A stretch of 64,000 nucleotides of DNA from NCBI GenBank assembly GCA_902608415.1, contig CACLNZ010000005.1, positions 806 through 64,805 of the forward strand. The letters run 5' to 3'. Below the pieces are notes generated by a model. It searched no databases. It saw only the letters and a list, made by a program, of their open reading frames with translations, and was not told where the DNA came from. The translations under genes and the position numbers were made by a program. Positions 43,505-53,724 of the stretch are shown here, piece by piece. Origin of the DNA: an uncultured PS1 clade bacterium. Lineage in GTDB: Bacteria; Pseudomonadota; Alphaproteobacteria; MED-G09. Position 1 is the stretch's first letter, and each line of letters starts with the position of its first letter.

Positions 43505-44945
43505 TTTAATTAAAGGAGAAACTGGTGATTGGGAAATAGTTATTGGAATTGAGGTTCATGCTCAAATAGTTTCGAATTCAAAACTTTTTTCATCAGCATC
43601 CACTAAATTTGGTGGAGAGCATAATACACAAGTAAGCTTTGTTGACGCGGGTATGCCTGGAATGCTTCCAGTTATTAACTGGGTATGTGTTGAGCAAGCA
43701 ATTAGAACCGGCTTAGGTTTAAATGCCAAAATAAATAATTATTCAATTTTTGATAGGAAAAATTATTTTTATCCTGATTTACCCCAGGGCTATCAAATTT
43801 CACAATTTAAACAACCTATAGTTGGTGAAGGTTCTGTTACAATAGATATCGATGATAAGAAAAGTAAGACAATAAGAATTGAAAGATTGCATCTCGAACA
43901 AGATGCTGGAAAATCACTTCACGATCAGCATCCAGAGTTTTCATTTGTTGATCTAAATAGGTCTGGAGTTGCTCTTATGGAAATTGTATCAATGCCTGAT
44001 ATAAGTTCTGCTGATGAGGCTCAGTCATATATAAAAAAGTTAAGAAGCATTATGAGATACTTAGGAACTTGTGATGGGAACATGGAAGAGGGGTCTTTAA
44101 GGGCCGATATTAATGTTTCTGTAAGAAAGCCAGGTAATGAACTAGGAACAAGATGTGAAATTAAAAATGTGAATTCAATAAAATTTATAGGTCAAGCTAT
44201 TGATTATGAAGCAAGAAGACAGATTGAACTTATTGAAGATTCTAAAGAAATTGATCAAGAGACAAGATTATTTGACCCAAAAAAAGGTGAAACAAGAACG
44301 ATGAGAAGCAAAGAAGAAGCTCATGACTACAGATACTTTCCTGATCCAGATCTTCTACCATTGTCTTTTTCAGAAAATATTATTGAAGAAATTAAATCCA
44401 AGCTTCCTGAGTTGCCAGATAATAAAAAAGAAAGATTTCAAAAAGAGTATTCTTTATCTACTTATGACTCAAATCTCCTAGTTTCTGAAATTGAAATTGC
44501 AGAATTTTTTGAGGCAGTCGCAAAAGGAAGGGATCCAAAAATTGCAGCTAATTGGATAACTGGTGAATATTTTGCTGCTATGAATAAGTTAGACTTTAGT
44601 ATTGTTGATAGCCCGGTAAGCATAGATAATCTCTCAAAATTAATTAAATTGATTGAAGAAAATATTATCTCAACACGGATTGCTAAAGATGTTTTTGAGA
44701 TAATGCTTGAAAATAATGAAGATCCTGAAGAAATCGTTGAAAGAGAAGAGTTGAAGCAAGTCTCTGATTCGAGGGAATTAGAAAAGATAATTGATAATAT
44801 AATCGCGAATAACCGCGATCAAGTTGAGGCGGTTAAGTTAAAGCCAAAATTAATAGGTTGGTTTGTTGGTCAAGTTATGAAGGAAACTAATGGAAAAGCG
44901 AATCCAAAACTTGTCAATGATTTACTAAATGATAAACTTAATTAA
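43497..44945 (+). CDS. gatB: Asp/Glu-tRNA amidotransferase subunit B
   Basis: [35 protein letters not shown], and a C-terminal GatB/YqeY domain. Confidence 0.95.
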   Translation: MNNLIKGETGDWEIVIGIEVHAQIVSNSKLFSSASTKFGGEHNTQVSFVDAGMPGMLPVINWVCVEQAIRTGLGLNAKINNYSIFDRKNYFYPDLPQGYQISQFKQPIVGEGSVTIDIDDKKSKTIRIERLHLEQDAGKSLHDQHPEFSFVDLNRSGVALMEIVSMPDISSADEAQSYIKKLRSIMRYLGTCDGNMEEGSLRADINVSVRKPGNELGTRCEIKNVNSIKFIGQAIDYEARRQIELIEDSKEIDQETRLFDPKKGETRTMRSKEEAHDYRYFPDPDLLPLSFSENIIEEIKSKLPELPDNKKERFQKEYSLSTYDSNLLVSEIEIAEFFEAVAKGRDPKIAANWITGEYFAAMNKLDFSIVDSPVSIDNLSKLIKLIEENIISTRIAKDVFEIMLENNEDPEEIVEREELKQVSDSRELEKIIDNIIANNRDQVEAVKLKPKLIGWFVGQVMKETNGKANPKLVNDLLNDKLN

Positions 44946-44962
44946 TAAGAGAGGGTTATGTT

Positions 44963-45715
44963 ATGACAAAAAAACCAATTGAACTATATTTTGCTGATAC
45001 TCCAAATGGATGGAAGGTTTCTATTATGCTTGAGGAATGCAAGATACCTTATAAAATAATACCGGTAAATATAGGAAAAGGAGATCAATTTAAACCTTCG
45101 TTTTTAAAGATATCCCCAAACAATAGGATTCCTGCCATAATAGATCCTAATGGTCCAGGAGGCAAACCATTATCTGTTTTTGAATCAGGAGCTATTCTTC
45201 AATATTTAGGCAGAAAATCAGGAAAATTTTATCCAAAAAATGAAAGAGAAAGATCAAATGTAGACCAATGGCTTTTTTGGCAAATGGGTGGTTTAGGTCC
45301 GATGGCTGGGCAAGCTCATCATTTTAGAATGTATGCTCCACAATTTACAAAAGAAAAACTAACATATTCAAAAAAAAGATATACTAATGAAGTTAATAGG
45401 CTATACGGCGTGATGAATAAACAGTTAAGAAAAAATGATTATTTGGCAGGTAGATACTCGATAGCTGATATGGCTTGTTGGGGTTGGATTTTACCATCAA
45501 AAATTTCATCTAAAATGCAAGGGCAAAAGTTAAAAGAGTTTCCTCATTTATTTAAATGGTTTGAAAAGGTTGGGGAAAGACCAGCTGTTCAAAAAGGTTT
45601 GGATGTTGGAAAGGTTATGCGAATGTTAGCAAAAGCCTCTAGATCAGGCCTGTCGGAAAAAACAAAAGAAGCAAAAAAGGCTAGGTCATTACTTTTCAAT
45701 CAAAAGGCTAGATAA
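44963..45715 (+). CDS. Glutathione S-transferase, Nu-class (YfcG/YghU-like)
   Basis: TPNGWKVSIMLEE...KISPNNRIPAIIDPNG...VFESGAILQYL, followed by an alpha-helical C-domain. Confidence 0.8.
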   Translation: MTKKPIELYFADTPNGWKVSIMLEECKIPYKIIPVNIGKGDQFKPSFLKISPNNRIPAIIDPNGPGGKPLSVFESGAILQYLGRKSGKFYPKNERERSNVDQWLFWQMGGLGPMAGQAHHFRMYAPQFTKEKLTYSKKRYTNEVNRLYGVMNKQLRKNDYLAGRYSIADMACWGWILPSKISSKMQGQKLKEFPHLFKWFEKVGERPAVQKGLDVGKVMRMLAKASRSGLSEKTKEAKKARSLLFNQKAR

Positions 45716-45718
45716 ACT

Positions 45719-46579
45719 ATGAACGATAAACTCGAAGATTTAATTAATCTTTTAGATATAGAAAGAATTGAAAAAAATCTTTTTAGAGGTGAAAGCCCAA
45801 GCGATAGATGGCAAAGAGTTTTCGGTGGTCAAGTTATTGGTCAGGCTTTAGTCGCTGCTAGTAGAACTGTAGAAAATAGAATATGCCACTCATTACATGC
45901 ATATTTTTTAAGGGCTGGAGACCCTAAAGTGCCAATCTTATATGAAGTTGATAGAGCAAGAGATGGAAGATCTTTTACTTCTAGAAGGGTAGTAGCAGTA
46001 CAACATGGTAAAAAAATATTTAATATGTCTGCTTCATTTCAAATTGAAGAGGAAGGACTTAATCACCAAGACCAAATGCCTAAGGTTAAAAGTTTTGAAG
46101 ATTTACCATCAGAGCATCAATTAAGGAAAAAAATTATTGATAAGCTTCCTGATGAATATAAGGATAGCTTTAATAAGGAATGGCCTGTAGAGGTTAGACC
46201 TATTGACCCTGTTGAATTAATGGATCCTGAGCCTAAAGAGCCACAAAACTACATATGGTTTAAAGCTAGATCATCATTACCTGATAATGTTTCACTTCAT
46301 CAGTGTGTTCTTGCTTATATGTCAGATATGACGCTTCTAGATACATGTACAAATCCTCATGGTGTGAATTTTATGAATCCTAACCTTCATTCGGCGAGTC
46401 TTGACCACGCTATGTGGTTTCATAGACCTTTCAAAGCAGATGAGTGGTTATTGTATCATCAAGATAGCCCTTCAGCATCAGGAGCAAGAGGTTTTAATAG
46501 AGGGTCAATATTTGACTTAGATGGTAATTTAATAGCTTCTGTTGCTCAAGAAGGACTTATTAGATTTACTAAGAATTAG
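45719..46579 (+). CDS. tesB: Acyl-CoA thioesterase II
   Basis: LFRGESPSDRWQRVFGGQVIGQAL...HSLHAYFLRAGD...DRARDGRSFTSRRV...SLDHAMWFH. Double hotdog, 286 aa. Confidence 0.85.
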   Translation: MNDKLEDLINLLDIERIEKNLFRGESPSDRWQRVFGGQVIGQALVAASRTVENRICHSLHAYFLRAGDPKVPILYEVDRARDGRSFTSRRVVAVQHGKKIFNMSASFQIEEEGLNHQDQMPKVKSFEDLPSEHQLRKKIIDKLPDEYKDSFNKEWPVEVRPIDPVELMDPEPKEPQNYIWFKARSSLPDNVSLHQCVLAYMSDMTLLDTCTNPHGVNFMNPNLHSASLDHAMWFHRPFKADEWLLYHQDSPSASGARGFNRGSIFDLDGNLIASVAQEGLIRFTKN

Positions 46580-48716
46580 AAGATTCAATAATTTGTAACA
46601 TTTCCATGGCTGAGTTAATAATATTTGTTCCTGTTGCAAAGATAGCAGAAGCGCCTATATCAGCTAAAGTAGAAAAATCTTCTTTTGGAATGACTCCTCC
46701 AACAATTATATGAATCTCACTATGCCCTTTGTTATCAAGCTCATCTCTTAATTTTGGAACTAAAGTAAGATGACCAGCCGCTAAAGATGAAGCAGCAATA
46801 ATATCAACATTTAATTTAATTGCTTCTTCAGCAGCCTCAGATGGTGTTTGAAATAAAGGCCCTACATTTACATCAAAACCCATGTCAGTGAGAGCGCTTC
46901 CTACAACTTTTTGACCTCTATCATGACCATCTTGACCAAGCTTAGCAATATAGACTGACGGTTTTCTGTTTTCACGAATCTCAAAATCTTTAACTTTTTT
47001 TCTAACTACATTTATTGTTTCTGATTCAAAATTTGCACCATAAATATCTTTAACCAAGTTGATCTTAGCTTTATGCCTTTTCCATACCTTTTCCATTGCT
47101 GATGAGATTTCTCCAACAGTTGCACCTTCTCTTCCTGCATTTATTGCAAGCTCGAGCACATTTCCATTTTTAGATGCACCATCTGTTAGTTCATTAAGCA
47201 TCTTTTTAACCTTAGAGTTATTCCTTGATTTTTTGATATCTAATAATCTATCAAGCTGATTTTTTTTAACCATTGAGTTATCTACTTTTAAATAGTCAAT
47301 TTTTTCTTCTTCATTAGCCGATAAAGTAAACTTATTAACTCCTACAACCGTATTTTCGCCAGAGTCAATTTTTGATTGAACTTTAGTAGCTGATTCCTCA
47401 ATACGCATTTTAGGTATTCCTTTTTCAAGGGCTTCTGTCATACCTCCGTAACTTTCAATTTCTTCCATATGATTCAAAGCTTTTTTAGCAAGTTCATGAG
47501 TAAGTTTTTCAACAAAAAATGATCCTCCCCATGGATCAATAACATCTGATGTTCCTGTTTCATGTTGAATAAATAGCTGAGTATTTCTAGCTATTTGAGC
47601 TGAAAAATCTGTTGGCAATGCTATTGCCTCATCAAAACTGTTTGTATGAAGTGACTGAGTATGACCATGAACAGCTGATAATGCCTCGATACAAGTTCTA
47701 GTAATATTATTGAAAGGATCTTGAGATGTTAAGGAATAACCTGAAGTCTGACAATGAGTTCTTAGTGCAAGTGATCGTGAATCGGATGGATTAAAATCTC
47801 TTACAATGTTTGCCCATAACAATCTTGCAGCTCTAAGCTTTGCGATTTCCATAAAATAGTCCATTCCTATCGCCCAAAAGAATGATAATCTAGGCGCGAA
47901 TGCATCAATGTTTAATCCTGCATTAATACCTGCTTTTATATATTCTAAACCATCTGCTAAAGTATAGGCTAATTCAAGATCTGCGGAGGCCCCAGCTTCT
48001 TGCATATGATAACCAGAGATTGAAATTGAATTAAATTTTGGCATATTTTTCGAAGTATATTCAAAAATATCAGAAATTATTCTCATTGATGGTTTCGGAG
48101 GATATATATATGTATTTCTAACCATAAATTCTTTCAAAACATCATTTTGAATAGTGCCTTTGAGTTGATCTGGCTCAACTCCTTGCTCCTCGGCAGCAAC
48201 AATATATAAAGCCATTATAGGAATTACCGCGCCATTCATTGTCATTGATACGGACATTTTATCTAAAGGTATGTCTTTAAATAAAATTCTCATATCTAAT
48301 ATTGAGTCTATTGCAACACCTGCCATCCCAACATCATCTGATACAATAGGGTTATCAGAGTCATATCCCCTATGAGTGGCTAAATCAAAAGCGATAGATA
48401 AACCCATTTGACCTGCTTCAAGATTTCTCCTGTAAAAAGCATTAGATTCCTCAGCCGTTGAAAAACCAGCATATTGTCTAATGGTCCAAGGTTTATTTGC
48501 GTACATAGTAGGGTATGGACCACGAACAAATGGATCTATTCCTGGATAGGTTTTTTGATGATCAAAGCCCTCTATGTCATCTTTGGTATAAAAAGATTTT
48601 AAATTAATGCCTTCTGGAGTAGTAAATATATTATCTTTTGCTTCAAAATTATTTGGATTACTACCATTTTCGTAATCAAGATCAATATTTTCTATTTCTT
48701 TAAATTTATTTGTCAT
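46569..48716 (-). CDS. Methylmalonyl-CoA mutase large (catalytic, B12-binding) subunit
   Basis: 715 aa. TIRQYAGFSTAEESN, GLSIAFDLATHRGYDSD, and a C-terminal cobalamin domain with the DxHxxG motif (GQDGHDRGQKVV). Confidence 0.95.
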   Translation of the reverse strand: MTNKFKEIENIDLDYENGSNPNNFEAKDNIFTTPEGINLKSFYTKDDIEGFDHQKTYPGIDPFVRGPYPTMYANKPWTIRQYAGFSTAEESNAFYRRNLEAGQMGLSIAFDLATHRGYDSDNPIVSDDVGMAGVAIDSILDMRILFKDIPLDKMSVSMTMNGAVIPIMALYIVAAEEQGVEPDQLKGTIQNDVLKEFMVRNTYIYPPKPSMRIISDIFEYTSKNMPKFNSISISGYHMQEAGASADLELAYTLADGLEYIKAGINAGLNIDAFAPRLSFFWAIGMDYFMEIAKLRAARLLWANIVRDFNPSDSRSLALRTHCQTSGYSLTSQDPFNNITRTCIEALSAVHGHTQSLHTNSFDEAIALPTDFSAQIARNTQLFIQHETGTSDVIDPWGGSFFVEKLTHELAKKALNHMEEIESYGGMTEALEKGIPKMRIEESATKVQSKIDSGENTVVGVNKFTLSANEEEKIDYLKVDNSMVKKNQLDRLLDIKKSRNNSKVKKMLNELTDGASKNGNVLELAINAGREGATVGEISSAMEKVWKRHKAKINLVKDIYGANFESETINVVRKKVKDFEIRENRKPSVYIAKLGQDGHDRGQKVVGSALTDMGFDVNVGPLFQTPSEAAEEAIKLNVDIIAASSLAAGHLTLVPKLRDELDNKGHSEIHIIVGGVIPKEDFSTLADIGASAIFATGTNIINSAMEMLQIIESSNS

Positions 48717-50055
48717 AATTCTTAATTTTTTCGTAAGGCTTTATATTAATTTCTCTGATCTCTTTATCGGGGTATAAATTTACGCCAATTCTTTTTATGT
48801 TTTTCTCTTTAAGCATTTTATCTTTATTAGTTTTGTTTTTTGTGAGTTTATTAATAAATTCTCTATTTTCTAATAAACATAATATGCCGCCATTTCTTTC
48901 AACATATTTAATAAAATCAAATGATTTATCTGCAATAGTTTTTGTAATGCTCTCAATATAGTAAGAACCACCAGCGGCATCTTGAATTTTTCCAATATTA
49001 GATTCTTCTTGAAGAATTAGATGCGTATTTCTTGCTAATCTTCTTACAAATTCAGGCGCCTGTCCTAAGGGATTTGTTATATGATGACAAGTTAACCTAT
49101 CTATATTTGCTATTGCAGCAGATAGGGCAGCATTTGTAATTCTTAATTGATTAACCCAGGGACTTTCTTTAAAAATAATTTCATCAGCTGTTCGACCATT
49201 AATTTTGAAAATTGGATTAATACCAAAATGTTCATAGAGATTATTTATGATAATCCTTAGGGATCTAATCTTAGCTATATTTAAGAAAAAATCAGTATCT
49301 AAAGAAATAGTGAAGTTAATTAGTGATTTATCATCAACAACATTACTTCTTAACATTTCAATAAAACTCAGACACATTAATGCTATTTCTTCATTTAATG
49401 ATGCACCTAAACTATTCCAGATTGTTCCGTCAAAATTTATTAAATTTATGTTATGATTTTTGTTTTCTTTGATAATTTTACTTAAACTATTAATTAACTC
49501 AGCATGATTAAATTCATTATCCTTTTTAAATTTAGAAAAGCTTATAGCTATGGCATCAATTTCTAATCCTCCTAATGGATTTTTTTTATTCTTATGCTTC
49601 CAATTATTTATTAAATTTAAAAACTTTGAGGATCCTTCTAATGGATTTGATATATCTCTATAAAAAATAGGAGCTATAGAAAGATCGATACTTTTTAGAA
49701 TTTCCTCACTTTCTTGATCATGAATATAGTTAATTTCAATAGATGAAGCTCCGCGTTCCAATTCATTTAGAATTCTTGAATTATATAACTTACTATCAAC
49801 TGATGGATCAACCATTGAGCAAATATGCCAAGGAAGATGTTCATTTACTTCTTCTTTTAAACCTCTTGCATATGCGTGGTTATTTTCTAGAGTGATATCA
49901 TTTTCTGTATAAAGAATTTTTTTTTCTAAATTTCCATCAAAATTTTTTTTAAGGCTATCAATTGTTTTTTCTTTTAATGATTGATTTGCAATGTTTTCCC
50001 AATCATCAAGATTTTTACTTTGAGTTTCTAAGTATTTTTGATATTCATTCTTCAT
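48706..50055 (-). CDS. Methylmalonyl-CoA mutase small-subunit-like protein (barrel domain only, 449 aa)
   Basis: It lies directly upstream of the large subunit and overlaps it by 11 nt. The mutase-barrel-like segments include RLARNTHLILQEESNIGKIQDAAGGSYYIES. No C-terminal flavodoxin-like domain is visible. Confidence 0.7.
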   Translation of the reverse strand: MKNEYQKYLETQSKNLDDWENIANQSLKEKTIDSLKKNFDGNLEKKILYTENDITLENNHAYARGLKEEVNEHLPWHICSMVDPSVDSKLYNSRILNELERGASSIEINYIHDQESEEILKSIDLSIAPIFYRDISNPLEGSSKFLNLINNWKHKNKKNPLGGLEIDAIAISFSKFKKDNEFNHAELINSLSKIIKENKNHNINLINFDGTIWNSLGASLNEEIALMCLSFIEMLRSNVVDDKSLINFTISLDTDFFLNIAKIRSLRIIINNLYEHFGINPIFKINGRTADEIIFKESPWVNQLRITNAALSAAIANIDRLTCHHITNPLGQAPEFVRRLARNTHLILQEESNIGKIQDAAGGSYYIESITKTIADKSFDFIKYVERNGGILCLLENREFINKLTKNKTNKDKMLKEKNIKRIGVNLYPDKEIREINIKPYEKIKNYDK

Positions 50056-50138
50056 TATTTTTCGATACTACTATATTTTTTTATTCAAAAGAAAATAATT
50101 ACAATTTATAAAAATTGTTTATATAAAATACTACTTTA

Positions 50139-50876
50139 ATGATCAACAGAGGAAATGAATTGAAATTACAATTAGCCAATCCAGGTATTTTAGAGAGATA
50201 CATTAAAACTCTCTCACCATGGTTTTGTGGAGCTTTTATAAGTTCACTAATTATTGGATTGTGGTTTGCTATCTTCAATTCGCCACCCGATTATCTTCAA
50301 GGCGAAACCGTTAGAATTATGTATGTCCATGTTCCTTCTGCATGGATGGCTTTATTCATTTATTCATCCATGGCTGTAGCTAGTCTTATTGGCCTAATTT
50401 ACGGTCATCTTGTAGCTTTCATATATGCTAAATCTGTTGCTCCTATAGGGGCGGTATTTACTCTCATTTGCCTGGTTACTGGTTCATTATGGGGAAAACC
50501 AATGTGGGGCACATGGTGGGTTTGGGACGCAAGATTAACATCAATGTTTATTTTATTATTTATCTATTTAGGCTTTATAATCGTGTCAAAATCTTTTAAT
50601 GACCCTGTAAAAGGAGATAAGATTTCTTCTATTTTTGCTCTTATAGGCTTTATTAATATTCCTATCATTAAATTTTCAGTTGATATCTGGACAACACTCC
50701 ATCAACCAGCAACTATTTCAAAACTTGATACACCTTCAATACATACAGATATGCTAATACCTCTTTTAATAATGTTTACTTCATTTGTATTTTTATTTTT
50801 ATATATTTTTTCTATAAGATTTTTTAGTGAATTAAACCTAAGACGTTATGTTACATATACATTAAGTTCTAAATAG
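50139..50876 (+). CDS. ccmC: Heme exporter protein CcmC
   Basis: WWD motif WGTWWVWDARLTS, conserved His residues, six TM segments. Confidence 0.9.
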   Translation: MINRGNELKLQLANPGILERYIKTLSPWFCGAFISSLIIGLWFAIFNSPPDYLQGETVRIMYVHVPSAWMALFIYSSMAVASLIGLIYGHLVAFIYAKSVAPIGAVFTLICLVTGSLWGKPMWGTWWVWDARLTSMFILLFIYLGFIIVSKSFNDPVKGDKISSIFALIGFINIPIIKFSVDIWTTLHQPATISKLDTPSIHTDMLIPLLIMFTSFVFLFLYIFSIRFFSELNLRRYVTYTLSSK

Positions 50877-50889
50877 TTAAGATAAGGCC

Positions 50890-51030
50890 ATGTTTACAAG
50901 TCATTTAGCATATGTTTTTCTTGCATATCTTTTTGCATTTCTAGCTATTTTAATTTTATTTTTTTCATCAGCCTTGTTGTCACAAAAAAATTCAAAACTT
51001 ATTGAAAAAATTAAAGAGAAACATGATTAA
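50890..51030 (+). CDS. ccmD: Heme exporter protein CcmD (46 aa)
   Basis: Not in the ORF track. My translation is MFTSHLAYVFLAYLFAFLAILILFFSSALLSQKNSKLIEKIKEKHD, with a single TM segment. It lies between ccmC and ccmE, and its stop overlaps the ccmE start (ATGATTAA). Confidence 0.7.
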   Translation: MFTSHLAYVFLAYLFAFLAILILFFSSALLSQKNSKLIEKIKEKHD

Positions 51031-51463
51031 AAGAAAAAAAAGAATTTATCTAATATCTTTATTTTTTATAACAATAGCTACATCTATTTATTTAATTTTG
51101 TGGGCTTTGAGAGATAATATTGTTTTTTTCTATTCTCCTTCAGAAATACAACAAAAAATAAACCTTAAAGAAATTAATGAAATGTCTAAACTTAGATTAG
51201 GGGGTATGGTTAAAGAATCATCTATAAAGCAACTTAATGATGGATCTATAAATTTTATCATTACCGATTTTGATAGAGAAATGGTTGTTTTTTATAAAGG
51301 TATCATTCCTGATTTATTTAAAGAGAAACAAGGTGTTATTGCAGAGGGCTCAATAAATAATGAAGGTATATTTGTTGCTAATTCAATTTTAGCTAAGCAT
51401 GATGAAAATTATATGCCTCCTGAAGTTCAGGATGCTTTAAAAAAAGACTATGGAGATAAATAG
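51023..51463 (+). CDS. ccmE: Cytochrome c-type biogenesis heme chaperone CcmE
   Basis: N-terminal TM anchor; RLGGMV; heme-binding LAKHDENYMPPEV (HxxxY). I prefer the ATG at 51023 over the listed TTG at 51002. Confidence 0.9.
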   Translation: MIKRKKRIYLISLFFITIATSIYLILWALRDNIVFFYSPSEIQQKINLKEINEMSKLRLGGMVKESSIKQLNDGSINFIITDFDREMVVFYKGIIPDLFKEKQGVIAEGSINNEGIFVANSILAKHDENYMPPEVQDALKKDYGDK

Positions 51464-53724
51464 TGCTTAGTCAATTTGGTAATTTTTTAATAGCTTTAGC
51501 TTTATCAGCTTCATTTATTCAATTATTTACTGTTATTTTTAATAAAGGTTATATTAGGTATTCTTTAGTTATTTCCTATATGACTATTATTCATTTTTTA
51601 TCAATTTCATTAGCATTTTTGTTATTAATATATGGTTTTATTATATCCGATTTTACAATCCAAAATGTTCTTGAAAATAGTCATTCATTAAAGCCTATGA
51701 TTTATAAAATTTCAGCTTCTTGGGGCAGTCATGAAGGATCGATGCTACTTTGGTGTTGGGTAATGGCTTTATATGGTTTCCTAATATCTATTAATAAGCA
51801 ATCACTTAGTAAAGAAACTAAAAGCTTAGTATTGCTATTTCAAGGTTTTTTATCTTTTGGTTTTGTTTTTTATTTGTATTTTTTATCAAATCCTCTGGAG
51901 AGCAGTAAAATAATAGTTGAAGAAGGATACGGTTTGAATCCTCTTTTACAAGATCCTGGGCTAGCTTTTCATCCTCCTTTTTTGTATTTAGGTTATGTTG
52001 GGCTATCAATTGTCTGGTCATTTGCTTTAGCAGGTCTAATAAGAAATTCCATTAATAAAGAATGGGCAAGAAATATAAGGGTTTGGGCTTTAACTTCCTG
52101 GGTTTTCTTAACTATAGGTATTTCTCTTGGATCTTGGTGGGCTTATTATGAGTTAGGGTGGGGTGGTTATTGGTTTTGGGACCCTGTTGAAAATGTATCA
52201 TTAATTCCATGGATTATTGCTACAGCCTTAATTCATAATTTATTAGCATTAGAAAAGAAAGAAATTCTAATTAATTGGAGCGTTTTGCTCGCTTTATTAG
52301 GTTTTATTTTATCAATAATTGGAACATTTATTGTTAGGTCGGGTTTAATTACTTCTGTACATGCTTTTGCTTCAGATCCAACAAGAGGAATATTTATCAT
52401 TTTGTTATTATTTCTTGTAACGCTCTTAAGTTTATCGATATATGCAAAAAATTACATAAAAAAACAACAAAATGTTGAGTTAAATTTCTTTAGTAAAGAA
52501 ACATTTTTAATAATTAATAATTTATTATTATCTGTTATCGCTTTTACAGTTTTTCTTGGAACAATTTACCCTCTAATTGTTGAAACAATTAATAATAATA
52601 GAATTTCTGTTGGTCCACCTTTTTACAACATTACTGTAATTCCTTTTGCAATACTTCTTGCAGTTTTTTCTGCTTTAGGACCAATACTGGCCTGGAATCA
52701 AAATAATATTAAGCAATTAGTAAGAAATATATCTATTCCTTTAGTTCTGACTTTAATGATAATTAGCACCACTTTTTTTATGCTTGAAAATCTATCTATA
52801 ATTTTTTTTATAGGTCTTTTTTCAGGGATATGGCTTTTTCTAAGCAGCTTGAACAATCTCTTACATATTAGGTTTCAAGGCCTAAATAACTGGGCCTCAT
52901 TTTTTGCGCATTCTGGATTTGCTATTTTAATTTTAGGAGTCAGTATTTCTAGCTCCTACCAAAATGAATATGAAGGTAAGCTTGATATAAACGATCAAAT
53001 AAATTTCTCAGGCTATATTTTAAAATTTGAAAATTTTGATGAAGAGATTGTTGAGAATTATATTACTACCAAAGGAAAATTTGAATTATCTACAAATGAT
53101 AGTGAATTTTTTCTTTATCCAGAAAAAAGATTTTATCCAATAGAGCAGTCTCAAACTACTGAAGCTGCAATTATTAGTAGTAAATTATCTCAATTTTATC
53201 TTGTTATGGGTGAGCAGATAAACGATAAATCATGGGTCATAAGAATATGGTATAAACCTATGATAATGCTAATTTGGATTGGCGGTTTATTTATGGGAAT
53301 AGGCGGTTTGTTGTCGTTACTTAAAAGAATCAAAAGTAAACCTGCAAAGCAAATATCCTTTTTTATTATACTTGCGGCGTTATCAGGAAATCTTTTTGCT
53401 GATAATAAGATGTCAATAAATGAAGATAGGGTAACAGATATTAGTCTGCAAATAAGATGTATGGTTTGTCAGTCGCAAACCATTGATGACTCTGATGCGC
53501 CTCTGGCTAAAGATCTTAAACAACTTGTTAGAAAAATGGTTTATGAAGGAAAGAAAGATGATGAAATTTTTGATTTTTTGAGAAGCAAATATGGTGATTA
53601 TATTTTAATGAAACCGAGGTTTAATTTGAGCAATTTATTACTTTGGGTTGGGCCATTTTTTATTTTGATTATAGGAATATTTACAATTTTTAAAGTATTT
53701 AAAATAAGCTTTAGGTCTAATTGA
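51463..53724 (+). CDS. ccmF: Cytochrome c heme lyase CcmF fused in frame to a CcmH/CycL-like domain
   Basis: CcmF WWD motif WGGYWFWDPVEN and multiple TM segments. From about 53347, one continuous frame with no intervening stop encodes a signal-like segment (ISFFIILAALSGNLFA), the CcmH motif LQIRCMVCQSQTIDDSDAPLAKDLK (Cys codons at 53458 and 53467), and a C-terminal TM segment. GTG start overlaps the ccmE stop. Confidence 0.85.
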   Translation: MLSQFGNFLIALALSASFIQLFTVIFNKGYIRYSLVISYMTIIHFLSISLAFLLLIYGFIISDFTIQNVLENSHSLKPMIYKISASWGSHEGSMLLWCWVMALYGFLISINKQSLSKETKSLVLLFQGFLSFGFVFYLYFLSNPLESSKIIVEEGYGLNPLLQDPGLAFHPPFLYLGYVGLSIVWSFALAGLIRNSINKEWARNIRVWALTSWVFLTIGISLGSWWAYYELGWGGYWFWDPVENVSLIPWIIATALIHNLLALEKKEILINWSVLLALLGFILSIIGTFIVRSGLITSVHAFASDPTRGIFIILLLFLVTLLSLSIYAKNYIKKQQNVELNFFSKETFLIINNLLLSVIAFTVFLGTIYPLIVETINNNRISVGPPFYNITVIPFAILLAVFSALGPILAWNQNNIKQLVRNISIPLVLTLMIISTTFFMLENLSIIFFIGLFSGIWLFLSSLNNLLHIRFQGLNNWASFFAHSGFAILILGVSISSSYQNEYEGKLDINDQINFSGYILKFENFDEEIVENYITTKGKFELSTNDSEFFLYPEKRFYPIEQSQTTEAAIISSKLSQFYLVMGEQINDKSWVIRIWYKPMIMLIWIGGLFMGIGGLLSLLKRIKSKPAKQISFFIILAALSGNLFADNKMSINEDRVTDISLQIRCMVCQSQTIDDSDAPLAKDLKQLVRKMVYEGKKDDEIFDFLRSKYGDYILMKPRFNLSNLLLWVGPFFILIIGIFTIFKVFKISFRSN

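Noticed and set aside
50101-50118. Inverted repeat ACAATTT-ATAA-AAATTGT in the mutase/ccmC divergent region.
   Set aside because: It has short 7-bp all-A/T-rich arms in a region of roughly 80% AT. It is expected by chance, and nothing links it to function.
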